A stretch of DNA of 64,000 nt. Source: Auanema rhodensis. Its lineage: Eukaryota; Animalia; Nematoda. The DNA lies in NCBI GenBank assembly GCA_964057225.1, contig OZ059897.1, forward strand, positions 992,001 to 1,056,000, in the 5' to 3' direction. A program made the position numbers and the translations under genes. Shown here in pieces: positions 27,601 through 42,600 of the stretch. How positions within the stretch are numbered: the stretch's first letter is position 1; every line of letters begins with the position of its first letter. The notes under the pieces are model-generated. The model saw only the letters and a program-made list of their open reading frames with translations. It did not search any database and had not been told where the DNA came from.

Positions 27601-30600
27601 CTTCAGGGTGAAAATCGAGGATATAAGTGTGAACTTATATCAGTTGATATCTCGGTGAATTTTTAAGCTAACTCAAATCTGATAACACAGATCGACGCAG
27701 CTTAAAAATCCGTTTCGAATGCACTATACTACATTGAGAAACGCTCAATACAAAAATTATTTATGATTGTTTGAAAAAAGATGCATTAGTGTATGTTGAG
27801 TTTCCATGTACACTCAACATTGCTTCCAAAAACATTTTGACAAAAATTTTCCCGAAAAATTTCAAGATAATTTTACAAAAACTAGATGTTTTTAGATTCC
27901 TTTTTTTAAGGCAAAGACGATGGATAATGTTATTCAACGAAAAAATTAATTCTTCAGGGTGAAAATCGAGGATATAAGTGTGAACTTATATCAGTTGATA
28001 TCTCGGTGCATTTTTAAGCTAACTCAAATCTGATAACACAGATCGACGCAGCTTAAAAATCCGTTTCGAATGCACTATACTACATTGAGAAACGCTCAAT
28101 ACAAAAATTATTTATGATTGTTTGAAAAATGATGCATTAGTGTATGTTGAGTTTCCATGTACACTCAACATTGCTTCCAAAAACATTTTGACAAAAATTT
28201 TCCCGAAAAATTTCAAGATAATTTTACAAAAACTAGATGTTTTTAGATTTCTTTTTTTAAGGCGAAAACGATGGACAATGTTATTCAACGAAAAAATTGA
28301 TTCTTCAGGGTGAAAATCGAGGATATAAGTGTGAACTTATATCAGTTGATATCTCGGTGCATTTTTAAGCTAACTCAAATTTGATAACACAGATCGACGC
28401 AGCTTAAAAATCCGTTTCGAATGCACTATACTACATTGAGAAACGCTCAATACAAAAATTATTTATGATTGTTTGAAAAAAGATGCATTAGTGTATGTTG
28501 AGTTTCCATGTACACTCAACATTGCTTCCAAAAACATTTTGACAAAAATTTTCCCGAAAAATTTCAAGATAATTTTACAGAAACTAGATGTTTTTAGATT
28601 CCTTTTTTCAAGGCAAAGACGATGGACAATGTTATTCAACAAAAAAATTAATTCTTCAGGGTGAAAATCGAGGATATAAGTGTGAACTTATATCAGTTGA
28701 TATCTCGGTGAATTTTGAAGCTAACTCAAATCTGATAACACAGATCGACGCAGCTTAAAAATCCGTTTCGAATGCACTATACTACATTGAGAAACGCTCA
28801 ATACAAAAATTATTTATGATTGTTTGAAAAAAGATGCATTAGTGTATGTTGAGTTTCCATGTACACTCAACATTGCTTCCAAAAACATTTTGACAAAAAT
28901 TTTCCCGAAAAATTTCAAGATAATTTTACAGAAACTAGATGTTTTTAGATTCCTTTTTTCAAGGCAAAGACGATGGACAATGTTTTTCAACAAAAAAATT
29001 AATTCTTCAGGGTGAAAATCGAGGATATAAGTGTGAACTTATATCAGTTGATATCTCGGTGAATTTTTAAGCTAACTCAAATCTGATAACACAGATCGAC
29101 GCAGCTTAAAAATCCGTTTCGAATGCACTATACTACATTGAGAAACGCTCAATACAAAAATTATTTATGATTGTTTGAAAAAAGATGCATTAGTGTATGT
29201 TGAGTTTCCATGTACACTCAACATTGCTTCCAAAAACATTTTGACAAAAATTTTCCCGAAAAATTTCAAGATAATTTTACAAAAACTAGATGTTTTTAGA
29301 TTCCTTTTTTTAAGGCAAAGACGATGGATAATGTTATTCAACGAAAAAATTAATTCTTCAGGGTGAAAATCGAGGATATAAGTGTGAACTTATATCAGTT
29401 GATATCTCGGTGCATTTTTAAGCTAACTCAAATCTGATAACACAGATCGACGCAGCTTAAAAATCCGTTTCGAATGCACTATACTACATTGAGAAACGCT
29501 CAATACAAAAATTATTTATGATTGTTTGAAAAATGATGCATTATTGTATGTTGAGTTTCCATGTACACTCAACATTGCTTCCAAAAACATTTTGACAAAA
29601 ATTTTCCCGAAAAATTTCAAGATAATTTTACAGAAACTAGATGTTTTTAGATTCCTTTTTTTAAGGCGAAAACGATGGACAATGTTATTCAACGAAAAAA
29701 TTGATTCTTCAGGGTGAAAATCGAGGATATAAGTGTGAACTTATATCAGTTGATATCTCGGTGCATTTTTAAGCTAACTCAAATCTGATAACACAGATCG
29801 ACGCAGCTTAAAAATCCGTTTCGAATGCACTATACTACATTGAGAAACGCTCAATACAAAAATTATTTATGATTGTTTGAAAAATTATGCATTAGTGTAT
29901 GTTGAGTTTCCATGTACACTCAACATTGCTTCCAAAAACATTTTGACAAAAATTTTCCCGAAAAATTTCAAGATAATTTTACAGAAACTAGATGTTTTTA
30001 GATTCCTTTTTTCAAGGCAAAGACGATGGACAATGTTATTCAACAAAAAAATTAATTCTTCAGGGTGAAAATCGAGGATATAAGTGTGAACTTATATCAG
30101 TTGATATCTCGGTGAATTTTAAAGCTAACTCAAATCTGATAACACAGATCGACGCAGCTTAAAAATCCGTTTCGAATGCACTATACTACATTGAGAAACG
30201 CTCAATACAAAAATTATTTATGATTGTTTGAAAAAAGATGCATTAGTGTATGTTGAGTTTCCATGTACACTCAACATTGCTTCCAAAAACATTTTGACAA
30301 AAATTTTCCCGAAAAATTTCAAGATAATTTCACAGAAACTAGATGTTTTTAGATTCCTTTTTTCAAGGCAAAGACGATGGACAATGTTTTTCAACAAAAA
30401 AATTAATTCTTCAGGGTGAAAATCGAGGATATAAGTGTGAACTTATATCAGTTGATATCTCGGTGAATTTTTAAGCTAACTCAAATCTGATAACACAGAT
30501 CGACGCAGCTTAAAAATCCGTTTCGAATGCACTATACTACATTGAGAAACGCTCAATACAAAAATTATTTATGATTGTTTGAAAAAAGATGCATTAGTGT

Positions 30601-33600
30601 ATGTTGAGTTTCCATGTACACTCAACATTGCTTCCAAAAACATTTTGACAAAAATTTTCCCGAAAAATTTCAAGATAATTTTACAAAAACTAGATGTTTT
30701 TAGATTCCTTTTTTTAAGGCAAAGACGATGGATAATGTTATTCAACGAAAAAATTAATTCTTCAGGGTGAAAATCGAGGATATAAGTGTGAACTTATATC
30801 AGTTGATATCTCGGTGCATTTTTAAGCTAACTCAAATCTGATAACACAGATCGACGCAGCTTAAAAATCCGTTTCGAATGCACTATACTACATTGAGAAA
30901 CGCTCAATACAAAAATTATTTATGATTGTTTGAAAAATTATGCATTAGTGTATGTTGAGTTTCCATGTACACTCAACATTGCTTCCAAAAACATTTTGAC
31001 AAAAATTTTCCCGAAAAATTTCAAGATAATTTTACAGAAACTAGATGTTTTTAGATTCCTTTTTTCAAGGCAAAGACGATGGACAATGTTATTCAACAAA
31101 AAAATTAATTCTTCAGGGTGAAAATCGAGGATATAAGTGTGAACTTATATCAGTTGATATCTCGGTGAATTTTAAAGCTAACTCAAATCTGATAACACAG
31201 ATCGACGCAGCTTAAAAATCCGTTTCGAATGCACTATACTACATTGAGAAACGCTCAATACAAAAATTATTTATGATTGTTTGAAAAAAGATGCATTAGT
31301 GTATGTTGAGTTTCCATGTACACTCAACATTGCTTCCAAAAACATTTTGACAAAAATTTTCCCGAAAAATTTCAAGATAATTTCACAGAAACTAGATGTT
31401 TTTAGATTCCTTTTTTCAAGGCAAAGACGATGGACAATGTTTTTCAACAAAAAAATTAATTCTTCAGGGTGAAAATCGAGGATATAAGTGTGAACTTATA
31501 TCAGTTGATATCTCGGTGAATTTTTAAGCTAACTCAAATCTGATAACACAGATCGACGCAGCTTAAAAATCCGTTTCGAATGCACTATACTACATTGAGA
31601 AACGCTCAATACAAAAATTATTTATGATTGTTTGAAAAAAGATGCATTAGTGTATGTTGAGTTTCCATGTACACTCAACATTGCTTCCAAAAACATTTTG
31701 ACAAAAATTTTCCCGAAAAATTTCAAGATAATTTTACAAAAACTAGATGTTTTTAGATTCCTTTTTTTAAGGCAAAGACGATGGATAATGTTATTCAACG
31801 AAAAAATTAATTCTTCAGGGTGAAAATCGAGGATATAAGTGTGAACTTATATCAGTTGATATCTCGGTGCATTTTTAAGCTAACTCAAATCTGATAACAC
31901 AGATCGACGCAGCTTAAAAATCCGTTTCGAATGCACTATACTACATTGAGAAACGCTCAATACAAAAATTATTTATGATTGTTTGAAAAATGATGCATTA
32001 GTGTATGTTGAGTTTCCATGTACACTCAACATTGCTTCCAAAAACATTTTGACAAAAATTTTCCCGAAAAATTTCAAGATAATTTTACAAAAACTAGATG
32101 TTTTTAGATTCCTTTTTTTAAGGCGAAAACGATGGACAATGTTATTCAACGAAAAAATTGATTCTTCAGGGTGAAAATCGAGGATATAAGTTTGAACTTA
32201 TATCAGTTGATATCTCGGTGCATTTTTAAGCTAACTCAAATCTGATAACACAGATCGACGCAGCTTAAAAATCCGTTTCGAATGCACTATACTACATTGA
32301 GAAACGCTCAATACAAAAATTATTTATGATTGTTTGAAAAATGATGCATTAGTGTATGTTGAGTTTCCATGTACACTCAACATTGCTTCCAAAAACATTT
32401 TGACAAAAATTTTCCCGAAAAATTTAAAGATAATTTTACGAAAACTAGATGTTTTTAGATTCCTTTTTTTAAGGCGAAAACGATGGACAATGTTATTCAA
32501 CGAAAAAATTGATTCTTCAGGGTGAAAATCGAGGATATAAGTGTGAACTTATATCAGTTGATATCTCGGTGCATTTTTAAGCTAACTCAAATCTGATAAC
32601 ACAGATCGACGCAGCTTAAAAATCCGTTTCGAATGCATTATACTACATTGAGAAACGCTCAATACAAAAATTATTTATGATTGTTTGAAAAAAGATGCAT
32701 TAGTGTATGTTGAGTTTCCATGTACACTCAACATTGCTTCCAAAAACATTTTGACAAAAATTTTCCCGAAAAATTTCAAGATAATTTTACAAAAACTAGA
32801 TGTTTTTAGATTCCTTTTTTTAAGGCAAAGACGATGGATAATGTTATTCAACGAAAAAATTAATTCTTCAGGGTGAAAATCGAGGATATAAGTGTGAACT
32901 TATATCAGTTGATATCTCGGTGCATTTTTAAGCTAGCGCAAATCTGATAACACAGATCGACGCAGCTTAAAAATCCGTTTCGAATGCACTATACTACATT
33001 GAGAAACGCTCAATACAAAAGTATTTATGATTGTTTGAAAAAAGATGCATTAGAGTATGTTGAGTTTCCATGTACACTCAACATTGCTTCCAAAAACATT
33101 TTGACAAAAATTTTCCCGAAAAATTTCAAGATAATTTTACGAAAAGTAGATGTTTTTAGATTTCTTTTTTTAAGGCGAAGACGATGGACAATGTTATTCA
33201 ACGAAAAAAGTAATTCTTCAGGGTGAAAATCGAGGATATAAGTGTGAACTTATATCAGTTGATATCTCGGTGAATTTTTAAGCTAGCGCAAATCTGATAA
33301 CACAGATCGACGCAGCTTAAAAATCCGCATCGAATGCACTATACTACATTGAGAAACGTTCAATACAAAAATTATTTATGATTGTTCGAAAAATGATGCA
33401 TTAGTGTATGTTGAGTTTCCATGTACACTCAACATTGCTTCCAAAAACATTTTGACAAAAATTTTCCCGAAAAATTTCAAGATAATTTCACAGAAACTAG
33501 ATGTTTTTAGATTCCTTTTTTCAAGGCAAAGACGATGGACAATGTTTTTCAACAAAAAAATTAATTCTTCAGGGTGAAAATCGAGGATATAAGTGTGAAC

Positions 33601-36600
33601 TTATATCAGTTGATATCTCGGTGAATTTTTAAGCTAACTCAAATCTGATAACACAGATCGACGCAGCTTAAAAATCCGTTTCGAATGCACTATACTACAT
33701 TGAGAAACGCTCAATACAAAAATTATTTATGATTGTTTGAAAAAAGATGCATTAGTGTATGTTGAGTTTCCATGTACACTCAACATTGCTTCCAAAAACA
33801 TTTTGACAAAAATTTTCCCGAAAAATTTCAAGATAATTTCACAAAAACTAGATGTTTTTAGATTCCTTTTTTCAAAGCGAAGACGATGGACAATGTTATT
33901 CAACGAAAAAATTAATTCTTCAGGGTGAAAATCGAGGATATAAGTGTGAACTTATATCAGTTGATATCTCGGTGCATTTTTAAGCTAACTCAAATCTGAT
34001 AACACAGATCGACGCAGCTTAAAAATCCGCATCGAATGCATTATACTACATTGAAAAACGCTCAATACAAAAATTATTTATGATTGTTTGAAAAATGATG
34101 CATTAGTGTATGTTGAGTTTCCATGTACGCTCAACATTGCTTCCAAAAACATTTTGACAAAAATTTTCCCGAAAAATTTCAAGATAATTTAACAAAAACT
34201 AGATGTTTTTAGATTCCTTTTTTCAAAGCGAAGACGATGGACAATGTTATTCAACGAAAAAATTAATTCTTCAGGGTGAAAATCGAGGATATAAGTGTGA
34301 ACTTATATCAGTTGATATCTCGGTGCATTTTTAAGCTAACTCAAATCTGCTAACACAGATCGACGCAGCTTAAAAATCCGCATCGAATGCATTATACTAC
34401 ATTGAAAAACGCTCAATACAAAAATTATTTATGATTGTTTGAAAAAAGATGCATTAGTGTATGTTGAGTTTCCATGTACACTCAACATTGCTTCCAAAAA
34501 CATTTTGACAAAAATTTTCCCGAAAAATTTCAAGATAATTTTACAAAAACTAGATGTTTTTAGATTCCTTTTTTTAAGGCAAAGACGATGGATAATGTTA
34601 TTCAACGAAAAAATTAATTCTTCAGGGTGAAAATCGAGGATATAAGTGTGAACTTATATCAGTTGATATCTCGGTGCATTTTTAAGCTAACTCAAATCTG
34701 ATAACACAGATCGACGCAGCTTAAAAATCCGTTTCGAATGCACTATACTACATTGAGAAACGCTCAATACAAAAATTATTTATGATTGTTTGAAAAATGA
34801 TGCATTAGTGTATGTTGAGTTTCCATGTACACTCAACATTGCTTCCAAAAACATTTTGACAAAAATTTTCCCGAAAAATTTCAAGATAATTTTACAAAAA
34901 CTAGATGTTTTTAGATTCCTTTTTTTAAGGCGAAAACGATGGACAATGTTATTCAACGAAAAAATTGATTCTTCAGGGTGAAAATCGAGGATATAAGTGT
35001 GAACTTATATCAGTTGATATCTCGGTGCATTTTTAAGCTAACTCAAATCTGATAACACAGATCGACGCAGCTTAAAAATCCGTTTCGAATGCATTATACT
35101 ACATTGAGAAACGCTCAATACAAAAATTATTTATGATTGTTTGAAAAAAGATGCATTAGTGTATGTTGAGTTTCCATGTACACTCAACATTGCTTCCAAA
35201 AACATTTTGACAAAAATTTTCCCGAAAAATTTCAAGATAATTTTACAAAAACTAGATGTTTTTAGATTCCTTTTTTCAAGACAAAGACGATGGACAATGT
35301 TATTCAACGAAAAAATTGATTCTTCAGGGTGAAAATCGAGGATATAAGTGTGAACTTATATCAGTTGATATCTCGGTGAATTTTTAAGCTAACTCAAATT
35401 TGATAACACAGATCGACGCAGCTTAAAAATCCGTTTCGAATGCACTATACTACATTGAGAAACGCTCAATACAAAAATTATTTATGATTGTTTGAAAAAA
35501 GATGCATTAGTGTATGTTGAGTTTCCATGTACACTCAACATTGATTCCAAAAACATTTTGACAAAAGTTTTCCCGAAAAATTTCAAGATAATTTTACAAA
35601 AAGTAGATGTTTTTAGATTCCTTTTTTTAAGGCAAAGACGATGGACAATGTTATTCAACGAAAAAATTGATTCTTCAGGGTGAAAATCGAGGATATAAGT
35701 GTGAACTTATATCAGTTGATATCTCGGTGCATTTTTAAGCTAACTCAAATCTGATAACACAGATCGACGCAGCTTAAAAATCCGCATCGAATGCACTAAA
35801 CTACATTGAAAAACGCTCAATACAAAAATTATTTATGATTGTTTGAAAAAAGATGCATTAGTGTATGTTGAGTTTCCATGTACACTCAACATTGCTTCCA
35901 AAAACATTTTGACAAAAATTTTCCCGAAAAATTTCAAGATAATTTTACAAAAACTAGATGTTTTTAGATTCCTTTTTTCAAGGCAAAGACGATGGATAAT
36001 GTTATTCAACGAAAAAATTAATTCTTCAGGGTGAAAATCGAGGATATAAGTGTGAACTTATATCAGTTGATATCTCGGTGCATTTTTAAGCTAACTCAAA
36101 TCTGATAACACAGATCGACGCAGCCTAAAAATCCGTTTCGAATGCACTATACTACATTGAGAAACGCTCAATACAAAAATTATTTATGATTGTTTGAAAA
36201 AAGATGCATTAGTGTATGTTGAGTTTCCATGTACACTCAACATTGCTTCCAAAAACATTTTGACAAAAATTTTCCCGAAAAATTTCAAGATAATTTCACA
36301 GAAACTAGATGTTTTTAGATTCCTTTTTTTAAGGCGAAAACGATGGACAATGTTATTCAACGAAAAAATTGATTCTTCAGGGTGAAAATCGAGGGTATTA
36401 GTGTGAACTTATATCAGTTGATATCTCGGTGCATTTTTAAGCTAACTCAAATCTGATAACACAGATCGACGCAGCTTAAAAATCCGTTTCGAATGCACTA
36501 TACTACATTGAGAAACGCTCAATACAAAAATTATTTATGATTGTTTGAAAAAAGATGCATTAGTGTATGTTGAGTTTCCATGTACACTCAACATTGCTTC

Positions 36601-39600
36601 CAAAAACATTTTGACAAAAATTTTCCCGAAAAATTTCAAGATAATTTTACAAAAACTAGATGTTTTTAGATTCCTTTTTTCAAGGCAAAAACGATGGACA
36701 ATGTTATTCAACGAAAAAATTAATTCTTCAGGGTGAAAATCGAGGATATACGTGTGAACTTATATCAGTTGATATCTCGGTGCATTTTTAAGCTAGCGCA
36801 AATCTGATATTCACAGATCGACGCAGCTTAAAAATCCGCATCGAAAGCACTATACTACATTGAGAAACGCTCAATACAAAAATTATTTATGATTGTTTGA
36901 AAAAAGATGCATTAGTGTATGTTGAGTTTCCATGTACACTCAACATTGCTTCCAAAAACATTTTGACAAAAATTTTCCCGAAAAATTTCAAGATAATTTT
37001 ACAAAAACTAGATGTTTTTAGATTCCTTTTTTTAAGGCGAAAACGATGGACAATGTTATTCAACGAAAAAATTAATTCTTCAGGGTGAAAATCGAGGATA
37101 TAAGTGTGAACTTATATCAGTTGATATCTCGGTGAATTTTAAAGCTAACTCAAATCTGATAACACAGATCAACGCAGCTTAAAAATCCGTTTCGAATGCA
37201 CTATACTACATTGAGAAACGCTCAATACAAAATCTATTTATGATTGTTTGAAAAAAGATGCATTAGTGTATGTTGAGTTTCCATGTACACTCAACATTGC
37301 TTCCAAAAACATTTTGACAAAAATTTTCCCGAAAAATTTCAAGATAATTTCACAGAAACTAGATGTTTTTAGATTCCTTTTTTCAAGGCAAAAACGATGG
37401 ACAATGTTATTCAACGAAAAAATTAATTCTTCAGGGTGAAAATCGAGGATATAAGTGTGAACTTATATCAGTTGATATCTCGGTGCATTTTTAAGCTAAC
37501 TCAAATCTGATAACACAGATCGACGCAGCTTAAAAATCCGTTTCGAATGCACTATACTACATTGAGAAACGCTCAATACAAAAATTATTTATGATTGTTT
37601 GAAAAAAGATGCATTAGTGTATGTTGAGTTTCCATGTACACTCAACATTGCTTCCAAAAACATTTTGACAAAACTTTTCCCGAAAAATTTCAAGATAATT
37701 TTACAGAAACTAGATGTTTTTAGATTCCTTTTTTCAAGGCAAAGACGATGGACAATGTTATTCAACAAAAAAATTAATTCTTCAGGGTGAAAATCGAGGA
37801 TATAAGTGTGAACTTATATCAGTTGATATCTCGGTGAATTTTAAAGCTAACTCAAATCTGATAACACAGATCAACGCAGCTTAAAAATCCGTTTCGAATG
37901 CACTATACTACATTGAGAAACGCTCAATACAAAAATTATTTATGATTGTTTGAAAAAAGATGCATTAGTGTATGTTGAGTTTCCATGTACACTCAACATT
38001 GCTTCCAAAAACATTTTGACAAAAATTTTCCCGAAAAATTTCAAGATAATTTCACAGAAACTAGATGTTTTTAGATTCCTTTTTTCAAGGCAAAAACGAT
38101 GGACAATGTTATTCAACGAAAAAATTAATTCTTCAGGGTGAAAATCGAGGATATAAGTGTGAACTTATATCAGTTGATATCTCGGTGCATTTTTAAGCTA
38201 ACTCAAATCTGATAACACAGATCGACGCAGCTTAAAAATCCGCATCGAATGCACTAAACTACATTGAAAAACGCTCAATACAAAAATTATTTATGATTGT
38301 TTGAAAAAAGATGCATTAGTGTATGTTGAGTTTCCATGTACACTCAACATTGCTTCCAAAAACATTTTGACAAAAATTTTCCCGAAAAATTTCAAGATAA
38401 TTTTACAGAAACTAGATGTTTTTAGATTCCTTTTTTCAAGGCAAAGACGATGGACAATGTTATTCAACAAAAAAATTAATTCTTCAGGGTGAAAATCGAG
38501 GATATAAGTGTGAACTTATATCAGTTGATATCTCGGTGAATTTTAAAGCTAACTCAAATCTGATAACACAGATCGACGCAGCTTAAGAATCCGTTTCGAA
38601 TGCACTATACTACATTGAGAAACGCTCAATACAAAAATTATTTATGATTGTTTGAAAAAAGATGCATTAGTGTATGTTGAGTTTCCATGTACACTCAACA
38701 TTGCTTCCAAAAACATTTTGACAAAAATTTTCCCGAAAAATTTCAAGATAATTTCACAGAAACTAGATGTTTTTAGATTCCTTTTTTCAAGGCAAAGACG
38801 ATGGACAATGTTATTCAACAAAAAAATTAATTCTTCAGGGTGAAAATCGAGGATATAAGTGTGAACTTATATCAGTTGATATCTCGGTGAATTTTAAAGC
38901 TAACTCAAATCTGATAACACAGATCGACGCAGCTTAAAAATCCGTTTCGAATGCACTATACTACATTGAGAAACGCTCAATACAAAAATTATTTATGATT
39001 GTTTGAAAAAAGATGCATTAGTGTATGTTGAGTTTCCATGTACACTCAACATTGCTTCCAAAAACATTTTGACAAAAATTTTCCCGAAAAATTTCAAGAT
39101 AATTTTACAAAAACTAGATGTTTTTAGATTCCTTTTTTTAAGGCGAAAACGATGGACAATGTTATTCAACGAAAAAATTGATTCTTCAGGGTGAAAATCG
39201 AGGATATAAGTGTGAACTTATATCAGTTGATATCTCGGTGCATTTTTAAGCTAACTCAAATCTGATAACACAGATCGACGCAGCTTAAAAATCCGTTTCG
39301 AATGCACTATACTACATTGAGAAACGCTCAATACAAAAATTATTTATGATTGTTTGAAAAATGATGCATTAGTGTATGTTGAGTTTCCATGTACACTCAA
39401 CATTGCTTCCAAAAACATTTTGACAAAAATTTTCCCGAAAAATTTCAAGATAATTTTACGAAAACTAGATGTTTTTAGATTCCTTTTTTTAAGGCGAAAA
39501 CGATGGACAATGTTATTCAACGAAAAAATTGATTCTTCAGGGTGAAAATCGAGGATATAAGTGTGAACTTATATCAGTTGATATCTCGGTGCATTTTTAA

Positions 39601-42600
39601 GCTAACTCAAATCTGATAACACAGATCGACGCAGCTTAAAAATCCGTTTCGAATGCATTATACTACATTGAGAAACGCTCAATACAAAAATTATTTATGA
39701 TTGTTTGAAAAAAGATGCATTAGTGTATGTTGAGTTTCCATGTACACTCAACATTGCTTCCAAAAACATTTTGACAAAAATTTTCCCGAAAAATTTCAAG
39801 ATAATTTTACAAAAACTAGATGTTTTTAGATTCCTTTTTTCAAGACAAAGACGATGGACAATGTTATTCAACGAAAAAATTGATTCTTCAGGGTGAAAAT
39901 CGAGGATATAAGTGTGAACTTATATCAGTTGATATCTCGGTGCATTTTTAAGCTAACTCAAATCTGATAACACAGATCGACGCAGCTTAAAAATCCGCAT
40001 CGAATGCACTAAACTACATTGAAAAACGCTCAATACAAAAATTATTTATGATTGTTTGAAAAAAGATGCATTAGTGTATGTTGAGTTTCCATGTACACTC
40101 AACATTGCTTCCAAAAACATTTTGACAAAAATTTTCCCGAAAAATTTCAAGATAATTTTACAAAAACTAGATGTTTTTAGATTCCTTTTTTTAAGGCGAA
40201 AACGATGGACAATGTTATTCAACGAAAAAATTGATTCTTCAGGGTGAAAATCGAGGATATAAGTGTGAACTTATATCAGTTGATATCTCGGTGCATTTTT
40301 AAGCTAACTCAAATCTGATAACACAGATCGACGCAGCTTAAAAATCCGTTTCGAATGCATTATACTACATTGAGAAACGCTCAATACAAAAATTATTTAT
40401 GATTGTTTGAAAAAAGATGCATTAGTGTATGTTGAGTTTCCATGTACACTCAACATTGCTTCCAAAAACATTTTGACAAAAATTTTCCCGAAAAATTTCA
40501 AGATAATTTTACAAAAACTAGATGTTTTTAGATTCCTTTTTTTAAGGCGAAAACGATGGACAATGTTATTCAACGAAAAAATTGATTCTTCAGGGTGAAA
40601 ATCGAGGATATAAGTGTGAACTTATATCAGTTGATATCTCGGTGCATTTTTAAGCTAACTCAAATCTGATAACACAGATCGACGCAGCTTAAAAATCCGT
40701 TTCGAATGCACTATACTACATTGAGAAACGCTCAATACAAAAATTATTTATGATTGTTTGAAAAATGATGCATTAGTGTATGTTGAGTTTCCATGTACAC
40801 TCAACATTGCTTCCAAAAACATTTTGACAAAAATTTTCCCGAAAAATTTCAAGATAATTTTACGAAAACTAGATGTTTTTAGATTCCTTTTTTTAAGGCG
40901 AAAACGATGGACAATGTTATTCAACGAAAAAATTGATTCTTCAGGGTGAAAATCGAGGATATAAGTGTGAACTTATATCAGTTGATATCTCGGTGCATTT
41001 TTAAGCTAACTCAAATCTGATAACACAGATCGACGCAGCTTAAAAATCCGTTTCGAATGCATTATACTACATTGAGAAACGCTCAATACAAAAATTATTT
41101 ATGATTGTTTGAAAAAAGATGCATTAGTGTATGTTGAGTTTCCATGTACACTCAACATTGCTTCCAAAAACATTTTGACAAAAATTTTCCCGAAAAATTT
41201 CAAGATAATTTTACAAAAACTAGATGTTTTTAGATTCCTTTTTTCAAGACAAAGACGATGGACAATGTTATTCAACGAAAAAATTGATTCTTCAGGGTGA
41301 AAATCGAGGATATAAGTGTGAACTTATATCAGTTGATATCTCGGTGAATTTTTAAGCTAACTCAAATTTGATAACACAGATCGACGCAGCTTAAAAATCC
41401 GTTTCGAATGCACTATACTACATTGAGAAACGCTCAATACAAAAATTATTTATGATTGTTTGAAAAAAGATGCATTAGTGTATGTTGAGTTTCCATGTAC
41501 ACTCAACATTGATTCCAAAAACATTTTGACAAAAATTTTCCCGAAAAATTTCAAGATAATTTTACAAAAAGTAGATGTTTTTAGATTCCTTTTTTTAAGG
41601 CAAAGACGATGGACAATGTTATTCAACGAAAAAATTGATTCTTCAGGGTGAAAATCGAGGATATAAGTGTGAACTTATATCAGTTGATATCTCGGTGCAT
41701 TTTTAAGCTAACTCAAATCTGATAACACAGATCGACGCAGCTTAAAAATCCGCATCGAATGCACTAAACTACATTGAAAAACGCTCAATACAAAAATTAT
41801 TTATGATTGTTTGAAAAAAGATGCATTAGTGTATGTTGAGTTTCCATGTACACTCAACATTGCTTCCAAAAACATTTTGACAAAAATTTTCCCGAAAAAT
41901 TTCAAGATAATTTTACAAAAACTAGATGTTTTTAGATTCCTTTTTTCAAGGCAAAGACGATGGATAATGTTATTCAACGAAAAAATTAATTCTTCAGGGT
42001 GAAAATCGAGGATATAAGTGTGAACTTATATCAGTTGATATCTCGGTGCATTTTTAAGCTAACTCAAATCTGATAACACAGATCGACGCAGCCTAAAAAT
42101 CCGTTTCGAATGCACTATACTACATTGAGAAACGCTCAATACAAAAATTATTTATGATTGTTTGAAAAATGATGCATTAGTGTATGTTGAGTTTCCATGT
42201 ACACTCAACATTGCTTCCAAAAACATTTTGACAAAAATTTTCCCGAAAAATTTCAAGATAATTTTACAAAAACTAGATGTTTCTAGATTCCTTTTTTTAA
42301 GGCGAAAACGATGGACAATGTTATTCAACAAAAAAATTGATTCTTCAGGGTGAAAATCGAGGATATAAGTGTGAACTTATATCAGTTGATATCTCGGTGC
42401 ATTTTTAAGCTAACTCAAATCTGATAACACAGATCGACGCAGCTCAAAAGTCCGTTTCGAATGCACTATACTACATTGAGAAACGCTCAATACAAAAATT
42501 ATTTATGATTGTTTGAAAAAAGATGCATTAGTGTATGTTGAGTTTCCATGTACACTCAACATTGCTTCCAAAAACATTTTGACAAAAATTTTCCCGAAAA

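Noticed and set aside
32984-33226. Longer 80-aa ATG-initiated ORF
   Set aside because: It is created by the single 1-bp deletion at ~33021, which brings an upstream ATG into frame in one copy only.
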